From: Octopus vulgaris
Taxonomy: Eukaryota
NCBI GenBank assembly: GCA_951406725.2
Contig: OX597828.1
Span: 29,512,001 to 29,576,000, forward strand
DNA length: 64,000 nt
Direction of reading: 5' to 3'
In this document: piece after piece, positions 29,019 to 40,581 of the stretch
Position numbering within the stretch: position 1 is the stretch's first letter
How the letters are laid out: the number at the start of each line of letters is the position of its first letter
Notes under the pieces: model-generated
The model's input: only the letters and a program-made list of their open reading frames with translations
The model's database searches: none
What the model was told of the DNA's origin: nothing
Program-made: the position numbers and the translations under genes

Positions 29019-29159
29019 TGCTTCCTCCCTTTTAACCACCAACAGGGTGTGTGTGTGTGTGTATAGTTTTATATTTCTCATTTTATACTTTCAAGTAATT
29101 TTATTTCGAATATTACACTTCAACTGAATTTACTCTCTTCTTCCTCTATTTATAATAAA

Positions 29160-29163
<4 letters not shown>
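28688..29163. repeat. ~100-bp inverted repeat pair around a CA/TA microsatellite
   Basis: 28688-28787 is the near reverse complement of 29064-29163. Confidence 0.9.
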
Positions 29164-29247
<84 letters not shown>

Positions 29248-29644
29248 GTATATATATGCACTCTAAATAACAATGGTTCTGGTAGGTTTTCGAAATAATA
29301 TCTAAAGAGACTTCGTAAGGGCGGTGCAGGAATGGTGAACAGAAATTATGGGATGCCAGGACTTCAAAAGAAATTCGGATAAATGTCTGTAAGGAATGAA
29401 TTTCTTGGCAAAAGTTCAGTCTTTATAAGCTTTCGTAGATTGCTACGTCATGTTCCGTAGTGCATCAAGAGTATATTTTCCTTCTATTGACGATTTGACT
29501 GATTTTTCTTTTCAATTCTTCACTTAATGTTGTGTCTTTCAATTCGTAAAGGCTGTTGGAGGTTTAAATTCATTATCTCTAACCGAAGAGTTGTGTTCAA
29601 CGTACCGTTGTTTCGAATCGATCGTCGGTCACCCAGATATATAT

Positions 29645-29872
29645 ATTTTTTACTACCCACAAGGGGCTAAACATAGAGGGGACAAACAAGGACAGACAAA
29701 GGGATTAAGTCGATTACATCGACCCAGTGCGAAACTGGTACTTTATTTATCGACCCCGAGAGGATGAAAGGCAAAGTCGACCTCGGCGGAATTTGAACTC
29801 AGAACGTAACGGCAGACGAAATACCGCTAAGCATTTCACCCGGCGCGCTAACGTCTCTGCCAGCGCGCCGCC
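29645..29872 (-). mobile_element. SINE family A, full length
   Basis: High identity to 4104-4334 and 12164-12393. Confidence 0.92.
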
Positions 29873-30109
29873 TAGATATATATCTCATATATATCTCACC
29901 CAGATATATATCTCATTCTGATTCGTTGTTTCACTGTTAATTTTAGGGCTGCTTCCCTATCCATACACTCTTACATTGATGTTGTATGTGAATGCACTTG
30001 TTGACTGTGTTTTGGGGCATCGCACGAGATGCTAACATTCTTTGAATGGGTGCATATATGTGTGTGTGCGTACGTATATATGTGCGCGTGTTTATGCATA
30101 TATATATGC

Positions 30110-30154
<45 letters not shown>

Positions 30155-30619
30155 CGCGCGTGAGTCGTCTAAGAGTCCATAAGTCAAGGATAAGATGGAC
30201 TCGATTATCTGTCAAAAGAGTGGGCATATTATCTGAAGTGTACAACATTATTTATTTGGGCGAATCTTACCAATGGGCTATCTCTGATGAGCATAAGGTT
30301 ATATAATATGATTGTTACCTAACACTCTGCTTTATTCCTAGCACGAAATCGATAGATAAGATCAGTCGTAGTGGATATATAATACTATACATTGTGGATA
30401 ATATATATGTGTGTCTGTGTGTGTGTGTTCATGTGTGTGTGTGTTCGTGTGTGTGTGCATGTGTGTATTTATATGTATATATACGTATGTATGTCTGTAT
30501 ATATATATTTATATATATACATACACTCCTCTGTTGTTGAAAAATCGCTCCAATACACCACGACGTCTGAAGCTTTTGAACCTTTTGAACTTTTGGTAGC
30601 TTTTTTAATACTTTCTAAA

Positions 30620-30780
30620 CATTTTTCGTTTTCTTTCGGTTCCTTTCTGTGGAAGAGCGTAGGGTCGAAACGTTAAATACTTTTTCGCTTCCCGAGCGTT
30701 ATACTAATACATCTGTTTGCTTCCTACACCACCTGTCTTCGTCTTTTGTTTTTTATTGTTTGTGAATTTCTCCCTATATA
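30620..30780 (+). repeat. Repeat with a degenerate hammerhead-like core (copy 1; copy 2 at 32875-33035)
   Basis: Both copies share TTCCTTTCTGT(G/C)GAAGAGCGTAGG..AAACGT..CTTCCCGAGCGTTA.ACTAATACATCTGTTTG. Confidence 0.7.
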
Positions 30781-32389
30781 TGTATTTGTATGAGAAAATA
30801 GGCCAACATGTACCATTTAAAGATCTATACAGCTGAGATATACTGTAGAGGATGAGCAAATAACCTAATATGCTGCTTAATACAGAATCTCTCTGTCTCT
30901 GTGTCTCTGTCCTTCTCTCTCACACACAAGCAAGCCCACCTATACAGCAAAAATATACTTATAAATGTTATGAAAGTGCAGTATCAAAGCCTGTTCTTAC
31001 TCGATTTAATAAGCCAAGAAGCTAAGAAATGCTTATTAAGATTACAACCTTAATAGTGGAATCACTGTCTAAATCCCTAAGGTTCCTAAATAAAAGTTGC
31101 TTGTCCAAGAATTCAAGCCAGTCATTTTTCTTTTACGAAATTTTGTTACCTTTGGCACTGTTTTTCGACTTGACACTTTAAAAGTTCACAGAGTGAATAA
31201 AATATATTTCTACTCGATCTTTATTGCATTCATAAATTTGTTATTAGTGTTAATGAATTCAGAGAATACAGAAGAAGCTGTGACATTCATTTCTCAGCTA
31301 ATTGGCACCGTGTAGGATGTGTGATTAAAACATTTATCTTAGTGGGGAGAATCACAATATTGACTGACGTTCTGTCAAATAACTGATAAGTGAATTATTG
31401 ACAGAGTTACAATGTGGTCATTTGAACCTGCTAGAAAGTACACCCAAATCTCTCTAAAAATACACTCTATTGTCTTAAGTAAGAAAAGCAAACATTAGAC
31501 AATACAGCCCTAGATATACTACTAAAACCATAGAGCTGTTCATGGCTGGAATGTCTCTTGTCTCATCCATATTCGAAATGATAATAATGAAGAAAATAAA
31601 ATACCATCACAAATACTTTATGTGTTATTGATAAAATGATAACCTCACTAAAACAAATTACCACACTTTGCAATATAAGCCCCCACAAATAACATTCCTC
31701 CCAACACAAAACTACTAATGATAAAATTACAAACACACCGTCATTCTCTGTGATTTTATAAGCTATACCTTTCTCATCGCCTATTATATATATAAATATA
31801 TGCCTAGATGCTTGGTGTGGTTAAGAGAGAAGAAAAGCACTTATTGTCCTCGAGAACAGGATGTAGTTTATGAGAATGACAGAGTGAATTGAATAAAGTA
31901 AATAATCCTCTGAACAGTTAAATTAAGTTAAATCCTGATAACGATTACGCAGGATTTAGTCTCTATTCCAAAAATCTTAAGGGAATCGACGAACGCATAG
32001 ATAAAGTGTTCTACCCAGAAATACATCGAAATATCTGTTATCGGTTTGAACTTTTAATGTAGGAGTTGACAGTACAAATATTTTATCCACTCTGGCATTT
32101 CTCCTCACCGAATACTGATTTCGTATTTAGAAACAAAAATGGCGTATATTGTTTTTCTTTTTTTCAATTCTCAGAGAATGAAAGGAAATGTTGGCTGTGG
32201 AGAGAAATAAACGTACACAAACTAACTACTGTAAGCAGTTGCGGACTGGCCAGGTTCCCAGCTTGCTCGATGGCAAGTGGGCTCCTGCACCATTAGAATC
32301 TTTTAACTCACTTTTCTTTTGATCTACAAAATATTGATATCTGACTTTGGACTAGGCCAAACCTTTCAATGAATTGATATAATACAAGT

Positions 32390-32550
32390 TACGTCCGTCT
32401 TTGCTTTCTGAGTTCAAATTCCGACGTGATCGACTTTGCCTTTCATCCTTTCGAGGTAGATAAATTAAGTACCAGTTGCGTACTGGGGTCGATCTGATCA
32501 ACTGGCCTCGCCTCCCCAAAACTTTCGGGCCTTGTACTTAGAGTAGAAAA
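32390..32550 (+). mobile_element. SINE family A variant, 5'-truncated
   Basis: TGAGTTCAAATTCCG..GACTTTGCCTTTCATCCTTTCGAGG..AAGTACCAG with an alternative tail GGGCCTTGTACTTAGAGTAG(A)n. Confidence 0.8.
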
Positions 32551-32709
32551 AAAAAAAAAAATCGACTCTGAAAAGTAGGCTTCTGCCTGAGTTTGAACTC
32601 AGAACTTCAAGAGAATCAAATGATTAAGTAAAATTTGATTTCTGAATGCAATTTTTACTGTAGATTGTTGCGGTGTAACTTTACTCACTGAGTTCAAATC
32701 TCACCGCAG

Positions 32710-33125
32710 CCGCCTGTGTGGTTAAGAAGCTCCTTTTGTATCCACATGTTCGAAGCCTTGGGCAAGTGTCTTCTTCCATAATACCACCCACGGACTGACG
32801 AATGTCCCGCGAATGAATTTGGTAAATGGGAAATGTGTGGAATCCCATAATAGATCGCTAGCCACTAAACCTTTTTTTATTTCCTCTCCCTGTTTATTTC
32901 TGTGTTCCTTTCTGTCGAAGAGCGTAGGCTCAAAACGTAAAAGACTTTCTCACTTCCCGAGCGTTAAACTAATACATCTGTTTGTTGTTTACACACCCGT
33001 TTTCGTCTTTTGTTTTTTGTAAATTCTCACTATATATAATATGTGTTTGTGTTTGCCAATACCAGCCCTTGACAACCGGTGTTGATTTAATTACGTTCCT
33101 GTTACTTAAGCAGTTCAGTAAGATA
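32710..33125 (+). mobile_element. Diverged SINE family B containing copy 2 of the hammerhead-like repeat (32875-33035)
   Basis: TGTGTGGTTAAGAAG, CCTTGGGCAAGTGTCTTC and CTTGACAACCGGTGTTG motifs surround the insert. Confidence 0.65.
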
Positions 33126-33143
33126 CAAATTTGAGATATATAC

Positions 33144-33182
<39 letters not shown>

Positions 33183-33194
33183 TATACACATATA

Positions 33195-33273
<79 letters not shown>

Positions 33274-34393
33274 CTAGAAATATGTTAATTTCACTTGAAA
33301 TATTGATTCAAGTAGATTACGAGTAAATTCCAAAGAAATTCACGCACCCACACGTATACACATACACACATTCTCCTACCCCTTTCTCTCCCTCTCTCAC
33401 GTATATTCTTGAATATATTTGACTATGATAGTAACAGGAACAGAAGTTCTTGAGCGAATTCAATAAATTGTAAACGAATGCAGACATGTTTAAGAGAAAC
33501 CATTTTCAATGGAATTGTTTGTCGAAATTGTTGGAATGATTGCTATTAATTATGGATATTCTCTGTTTTGTTAATTCTGTTTAGTTTCTATGAAGTTGAA
33601 CGGATTATAATTAGACAGGGAATAGAATGTATAAGACTTAGCTATTATAAGAACAAATACGATAACAATAGCAAGTATTTGACCTAATTTTCAAGATTTA
33701 CAATTAAATACATATTCAATTAATTCTGTTGTGTCGCAGAAGGTGTATCAGTTCTTAGCTAGCCAGGTACATTTGCATTCAATCACTTAAAGAGCCAATT
33801 TGAGAATAAAACCTCTCTAACAGTATTGCATTCGTCTTTGCAAATGTTGCTAATGACCCAGTGTGCAATTACTAAGGGGAAAAGCTTCATTTAAAGAAAT
33901 GGTTTGGGTTAGATACCTTAAATATATCTCGTAGCGAACGGCTAACTAGGGCAATCTAAAGCAAACAACTGGCATGGACAAGAAATGCCATCAAATTTAT
34001 AAGCACCATCTTTACGAACCTATGATATTTGTCGAGATTTTGTTAATTTCATTTAGAAAATATGTCTTGTAATCAAATGTCGGAAATTTACCATAATTGA
34101 ATAAAGTAACACATTTAATGTTAACATAGCTTAATTCTATTTATATTGTGTTGTAACAATTTTTGAGAAATAGTTATGGCTGTAGAAATTAGCACTTCTA
34201 TCGAAGTTTAGGCCCTAACTTGTTATATGACAGGCATAGTTGAGTAAATGGCAATGTTCCGGGTTCTGTGTTCTTAGGTTCGATTCGAGGTCATGGGTAT
34301 TTCATTTATATGGCTCATGTACTTAGGAAAGCTATGAATGTCAAAAGTTTCATTTCCTTCACTCCTTAATGTCCATAGGTTTCATCATCTGCT

Positions 34394-34467
34394 GAGCAGT
34401 TTAGCTTAATGGTAAAGCACTTGACGCGTAATCACAGGGATGTGACTTCGAGTCTCATGGCTGTCCA
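34394..34467 (+). pseudogene. tRNA-like sequence (Thr-CGT-like), degenerate
   Basis: A-box TAGCTTAATGG, anticodon arm CTTGA-CG-CGT-AA-TCACAG, T-arm GTGACTTCGAGTCTCA, imperfect acceptor stem and a T8 run at 34476-34483. Confidence 0.5.
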
Positions 34468-34623
34468 CCGACAGATTTTTTTTGCAAAATATGGATAGTT
34501 TATCCTGTTCATGCTATGCTATTAGCATCATCTTGCTTTTGAGAATAAAATTATTTCCTTATCTTTCAATGCATCTCGACGCTTCTAAAGCAAACTTTGT
34601 TAGCATTCAACGTAAATTGAATT

Positions 34624-34704
<81 letters not shown>

Positions 34705-34826
34705 CATATATATACATATATATAAACATATATATACATATATATATACATACACATAAGCATACATATATACATACATATATACATTGTATATATACAT
34801 ATACACATATATACGCATACACACCC

Positions 34827-34883
<57 letters not shown>

Positions 34884-36009
34884 CATACATATATATATAA
34901 TTACACACACACACACGCATACGCACATACATATATATACATCTATGGAAAGTTAAACAATTGATGCTTTTAGTTTCATCGATGCTTAGAATAAATACAT
35001 ATCATTGATATTTATTTCAGCCTTTTAGAAATGTGTAAAAAACAAACAAACCAACAAACAACAACAGCACCTATTTTTTTTTTTATCTTTAAAGCAATTC
35101 CTTCTTTCTCTTCCGTATTTGTTTTGTGATCAGTGATGAGTATCTTTCTAGCATAGAAAAACAGGAATAGCAAACAATATAAGAAAACTGAGAGAAGTGA
35201 TTTCAAGTTACACTTGAAATTAAACGTTTAAAAACCTACTTTTCGAAAACAAATGTGCTTTTATTCTTTTAATATTTTCTCTTTTAATATCATGTTACGT
35301 GCACTGATGGAAATGCACCAACGAATCTTTGTAATCCAATCAATTTTTGAACATGGTTATTTACCCTTGTTGTGTGTCGAATACATATATATATTCCGCT
35401 CTGTAGTTAAATATATGATTTTTCGTTCGCCTTTAAACGAAATTGCCTACTCAGGTCGTCGCCTAATGGTTTTATTCCTGATACTAAGCAGATGGAGTTG
35501 GCTATCGATGCACTTAGGCATTTATTAATTAATTCAATATCTGTGTCATGTTTTATTAAGGTAATCCTTTTATTCCAATGCTTCGAAGTTCACCATGTTT
35601 AAATCTGAACATTAAGCCTTTGAAATCTTGAAATGTTAAATAGCTGGAATGCATTAGCGATAGATTAAACTTAATAGAAGTTCTTTGATTACTGACTTCA
35701 GAGAAAGTTTCAGCAAATATTCCCATTAACGTCGAACTTGAAACTAGAGCTAGAAATAATAATTATTGTACACTTATCGGTTATTTTATTTATAAAGGTC
35801 ACTCACATGACTGGCCGATGGTGCTCTAAATTTGCTTTATTCATATTCGTGGCAAATGTTATGAACATCTCTTTTCTTGAACTATACTTAGACTTCATTC
35901 ACAAAACGCAGTTTAATCTTACTACATACAAATAAGGTTATTTTACTTTTACTTTTTAATTCAGTGCAATGGCCATATCTTTAGCAGGCACTCCCACACA
36001 GATAACATC

Positions 36010-36450
36010 AAGGTGATTGATGTCCAGTTTGGACTTATTCTGGTCGGTGCTGATAGGAAAACGCGGAGAGAGAGGGAGTTCCAAAGTATTCATTATCCAG
36101 GAACAGTCTAAGCGAAGTGTTTAAAATAAGTCTTCAGAAGAAGGTTACATTACAACGGAAGGGTAATTTAGCCGTAGTTTTAAGGTTAATGTGGTACACA
36201 ACTCTCTATTTCAGAAGCGCAAATACGTTTTTTTTTGTATTGGGGAGAGATCTGGGCAGAATTGAACGAGCTATTGAACGAGCTAGTAGAGTGATTTTAA
36301 GTGAGCGCCGGCAAAAACAAGGGCAAGCCTATGCCCGTTTTTAGTGTCTCCGAGCACGGGAGGAGAGTCGGAAGTTTTCTTCAAACTGGAGAACTGGGTG
36401 TGAATGCTTGCATCCGAGTAAACTCCGTTAAAAGACCCACGAGTCAGCTG
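36010..36450 (-). mobile_element. Highly decayed LINE ORF2 C-terminal fragment
   Basis: Minus-strand WNSL..FP...D...K.DINHLD-type motif, as seen at Jockey/CR1-group ORF2 ends. Confidence 0.35.
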
Positions 36451-36504
36451 GTAATGTTAAACTGTGATCCTGATTAAGAATGAGTTCAAACGATGTTAAT
36501 CTGA

Positions 36505-36832
36505 CGTCAGTACTTATTTGTTTAAAGCCTGATATTTATTTTATCGGTTTCTTTGTGGAACCGTTAAGTCACGGTGAGGTAAACATACCAACACCGGCTG
36601 TCAAGCAGTGATGGGAGACAAACATATTTACTCGCACACACACACACACACACACATATATATAGACAACGGGCTTTCCGTCTACAAAATCCACTGAGAA
36701 GGCTTGAGTCAGTCTGAGGCGAGAGTAAAAAAAAAAAGAAAAGAACTTGTACAAGAGGCTGCACAGTGGGAATGAACCCAAGACCGCTTGGTTAGGAAGC
36801 AAGCTTCTTACCTGCACAGCCATGCCTGTGCC
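36505..36832 (-). mobile_element. SINE family B, diverged
   Basis: GAACCGTTAAGTCACGG, TGTCAAGCAGTG and AAGCTTCTTACC..CAGCCATGCCTGTGCC motifs. Confidence 0.78.
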
Positions 36833-37486
36833 TATGCATGCATAAATACATTAAAAATACAAATAAAAACAAACAATAAAAAATGAAACGTTATTCCAGT
36901 AAAATAGTACCTTATCGTCATTCGTATTCAAATAAATTCATTAATTTTGATACGAATCTTCAATTCTTGACACATTTAACTTTCCCTTCACATCCTTCTA
37001 TCTTTCTCTCTTTCCTTTCTTCTGCCTTATCCTTATCTCTCTGCCTTTGTATGCTGGGAAATACGGATAAGCATAACTTCACACGCGCTCGTGTACGAAG
37101 ACCGAATTTTTTGACGGTAGAATATATTTGAAAGCTTTACAAGTGCTACAGGTTCACTTAAGTATAATTGGGAACAGCTGTGTCTCCGTTAGCTTCAATT
37201 AATATCTGTATCACGTTTAAAACACCCATGATACAACTGATCGATACACACAAACATACATTTACACGTATAATATTCATATACATACATACACGCACGT
37301 GTATATATATATATATATATATATACCCAAAACACACGCAATAATTTACATATACGCACATACGTATATCTGTCAATATATGTTTGTATATGGGAATATA
37401 TTCATCTACCTATATATAAATATCGACTGTACCATGAGTGTTTTGAACGGTGTAAATATCTGTGTGTGTGTGTATGCGCGCGTGTA

Positions 37487-37672
37487 TATCTCTTTTATAA
37501 AATCCGTTCTGTCTGTCTGTCTGTCTGTGTGTGTGTCTTCTCGGATCTCGGGCATCCTCCATCCGATTGCACTCAAATTTGATAAGTCAATACCGACGGT
37601 ATCAGGGCGTGTATAAGTCTTGAAAAAATTGCAAAAATCGATTCCAGGTGAGAATGCGATCGATAAAGCCGT
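37487..37672 (+). mobile_element. Non-autonomous Helitron/DINE-like 5' segment
   Basis: TCTC..TATAAAA start, (CTGT)n microsatellite, then CCGATTGCACTCAAATTTG. This layout is typical of DINE-1/Lep1-type Helitron derivatives. Confidence 0.55.
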
Positions 37673-38554
37673 TTTGTCCTGCTCTTCTTCCGTCAACCTG
37701 TACATAACTGCACCTTCCATTTTTTGTTTTTGCACTGCTTAAAGGCACGTTTCGTTCCTGCCAAGCTTACTGTTTAAACCATGTTTGTGTTCTCCCAGTC
37801 AACAGCCTTATCATTTACTGGTACATTAAACTCTTCGGTTGCATATTTGTGTGAATAAAATCGTTTTTCTTTGGACTAGAAAAAAAGTCTATCTTTATTT
37901 CTTGTTTTGCTGGTGTCTCAAATTTAGGTTAAATCAGTGTTTCTCAAAGGGGAGGCCTATGGGATTTCGGACAAGTTGTTTTGAGAAAATTTGGTTTAAA
38001 TCTTTGAGATCTTGTTCACTGTGGTCGGGTATGAAATGAGCGAGGTTTCTAGCCTGTTGTTGTGGCGGACAACCCCAGGCCAGAAGTGAGCTGGTCCACT
38101 ACTAATAAATAGTCAGTAGGATTGGTCGGCGAAGCTAGGCCGTTCAGACCAGTCCCGGAGAGACGACGAAATACGTTGTCATAATGGGACATATCACCGG
38201 TCAAAAAGCAGGGTTGTAGGGTTGTGTGTTTACAGGTTGGAGATCATGGCAGTAACCAAAGAACACTTGAGCATAATGACGTGGGTTCCGAAATCTAACA
38301 TTTGTTGTGAGCAATACTGCAAACTAACGGTACACTCACCAGTTTTAGTTTCATTACAAAGTATGTGATCGCATGGTACCTCCATACAACTAAATGGGAA
38401 GATGTAATGAACTCGGAGTGCCTTTATGTGGCAGGTGGAGCCTACTTGTTCCCGATACGCATTCTGTTTGAGTAGCTGTATAACTCCGTACCAAACATGA
38501 GATTTAAATTTATGATCCCATTTTACCTTCTTATTAGATCTTATAAGATTATAA

Positions 38555-38947
38555 TCTTTTCTACTCTAGGCACAAGGCTTGAAATTTCGGGGGGAGGGAG
38601 TCAGTCGATTAGATCGACCCCAGCACGCAACTGGTACTTAGTTTATTGACCTTCGAAAGGATGAAAAGCAAAGTCGACCTCGGCGGAATATGAACTCAGA
38701 ACGTAGCAGGAGACGAAATACCTTTTTCTTTACTACCCACAAGGGGCTAAACACAGAGAGGACAAACAAGGATAGACAAACGGATTAAGTCGATTATATC
38801 GACCCCAGTGCGTAACTGGTACTTATTTAATCGACCCCGAAGGATGAAAAGCAAAGTCAACCTCGGCGGAATATGAACTCAGAACGTAGCGGTAGACGAA
38901 ATACCGCTAAGCATTTTGCCCGGCGTGCTAACGTTTCTGCCAGCTCA
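38555..38947 (-). mobile_element. Tandem dimer of SINE family A (two different tail variants)
   Basis: 38555-38721 carries the GCCTTGTGCCTAGAGTAG tail and 38723-38947 carries the GTGGGTAGTAAAGAAA tail. Confidence 0.88.
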
Positions 38948-39261
38948 TAATGCTTTCACTATGGAATGGCTAGTTCTTCAGTAGATGCAATCCATTTGGC
39001 TTTCCGTATAAAAACAATTATTGTATGTCCTCTTTTATTAATTCACTTGTTTCAGCCATTGGACTGCGTCCATGCCGAAGCACCGTCTTAAGGCGGTGGA
39101 CACTGATTGGAAATTTAATAAATAATAAAAATCAGAATAGCCTTACCTGAAATTCTCTTTGATCGTAAATCTGCTCAGTCGGAGATGATGTGAGGTTTAT
39201 CACCGTCCATGTCAGAACATACGAGAAGGAAAAAATCGCTTAATTATGGTTAATCCATAAG

Positions 39262-39464
39262 ACTGGTTTCCCGGTTTCTCAGGAGTATATACTCCTCCTT
39301 GGACGGGACACGGTTCCGTCGGAGGATTATTCATTTTTATCACCTGAGTGGACTGGAAAAGGGGAAGTTAAACGTTTTGTTTTATTAATCCTGGTCCAGG
39401 AATCGAAACCACAATCTTACAATCAGGAGCCCAACGCCCTAACTACTAAGCCATGTACCTCCAC
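39262..39464 (-). mobile_element. Old family C-like SINE
   Basis: CTGAGTGGACTGGA core and GGAATCGAAACCAC..CCCTAACTACTAAGCCA head. Confidence 0.6.
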
Positions 39465-39727
39465 TTTAGATAATTATACCATTGCTTAAAGACAGAAAGA
39501 GTGGGGCAGGAGCTAACACGAGTGCTTCTATATTTTTTATAAGATGGACCTGCTAAAAATAGCAGAGATATGTCGTTTAAATCACACACTAAACGCTTTA
39601 AAAAGACGGAAATTTTATGATGTATATTTAGATATAATGCCTCTGAAAATAAGACGTGTTGGTCAGGACTGGAACGTCTTACATCATACCTAATCTGTTC
39701 AGTTCGGATTGACCTGGAGTTTACTCC

Positions 39728-39759
<32 letters not shown>

Positions 39760-40231
39760 AACATATGCAATATAATGACGAATATTAATCAATAAAAACA
39801 ACTCCAAACAACAAAAATGTTATAAAGTATTTTAGTATGATTTAAAAAAAAAATTAATTAATTAAGACCTTTGTGAAGACAAATTAACTTGATTAACACA
39901 CGTCATGGAATGTACTCTTCAAAACAGAAGCAAGCAATTGGCGGTCAAATCAGATTTGTTTATTTTATATTTTATATTTTATATTCCAGTCAATCCTTAA
40001 GAGCTTACCAACGTCCTCTATGGAAATTACTTACCAGCTCGAAGTGCTGTAGAAATTCTTGTACCAAATCAACACCGATTACTTTACAATCAAAGCAAGC
40101 ATTAGTAAATTAACTAGCTGATTAATGAGCAGTTAGGGCACATTTTAGTTTTTTTAAAGTGTTTTTATTTAAATGTTTATATATATATATATATATGTAT
40201 GTATATATATATATATATATACATATATATG

Positions 40232-40294
<63 letters not shown>

Positions 40295-40319
40295 GTATAT
40301 ATATGTATATATATGTATA

Positions 40320-40362
<43 letters not shown>

Positions 40363-40521
40363 AGAGAGAGAGAGACAAACATACATTCATACACACACAC
40401 ATATATATATATACACATATATAAGTATACATACACACACACATTTATATATGTTTGTTTTACTTTTTATTTCTAGCGTTTTCCGCTTCACCTTATTTTC
40501 TTTTTTCTCTTTCATATCCAG

Positions 40522-40581
40522 GTGGTTGCCATAAGAAACAAGAAGAGAAAGGAAAGAATAAGAAAGAGAAGCGATAAGAAG
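40522..40581 (+). other. Candidate 60-nt exon, or start of a long exon upstream of the polyQ gene
   Basis: Long polypyrimidine tract plus CAG acceptor (40521), purine-rich body and AAG|GTAACT donor. Confidence 0.35.
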
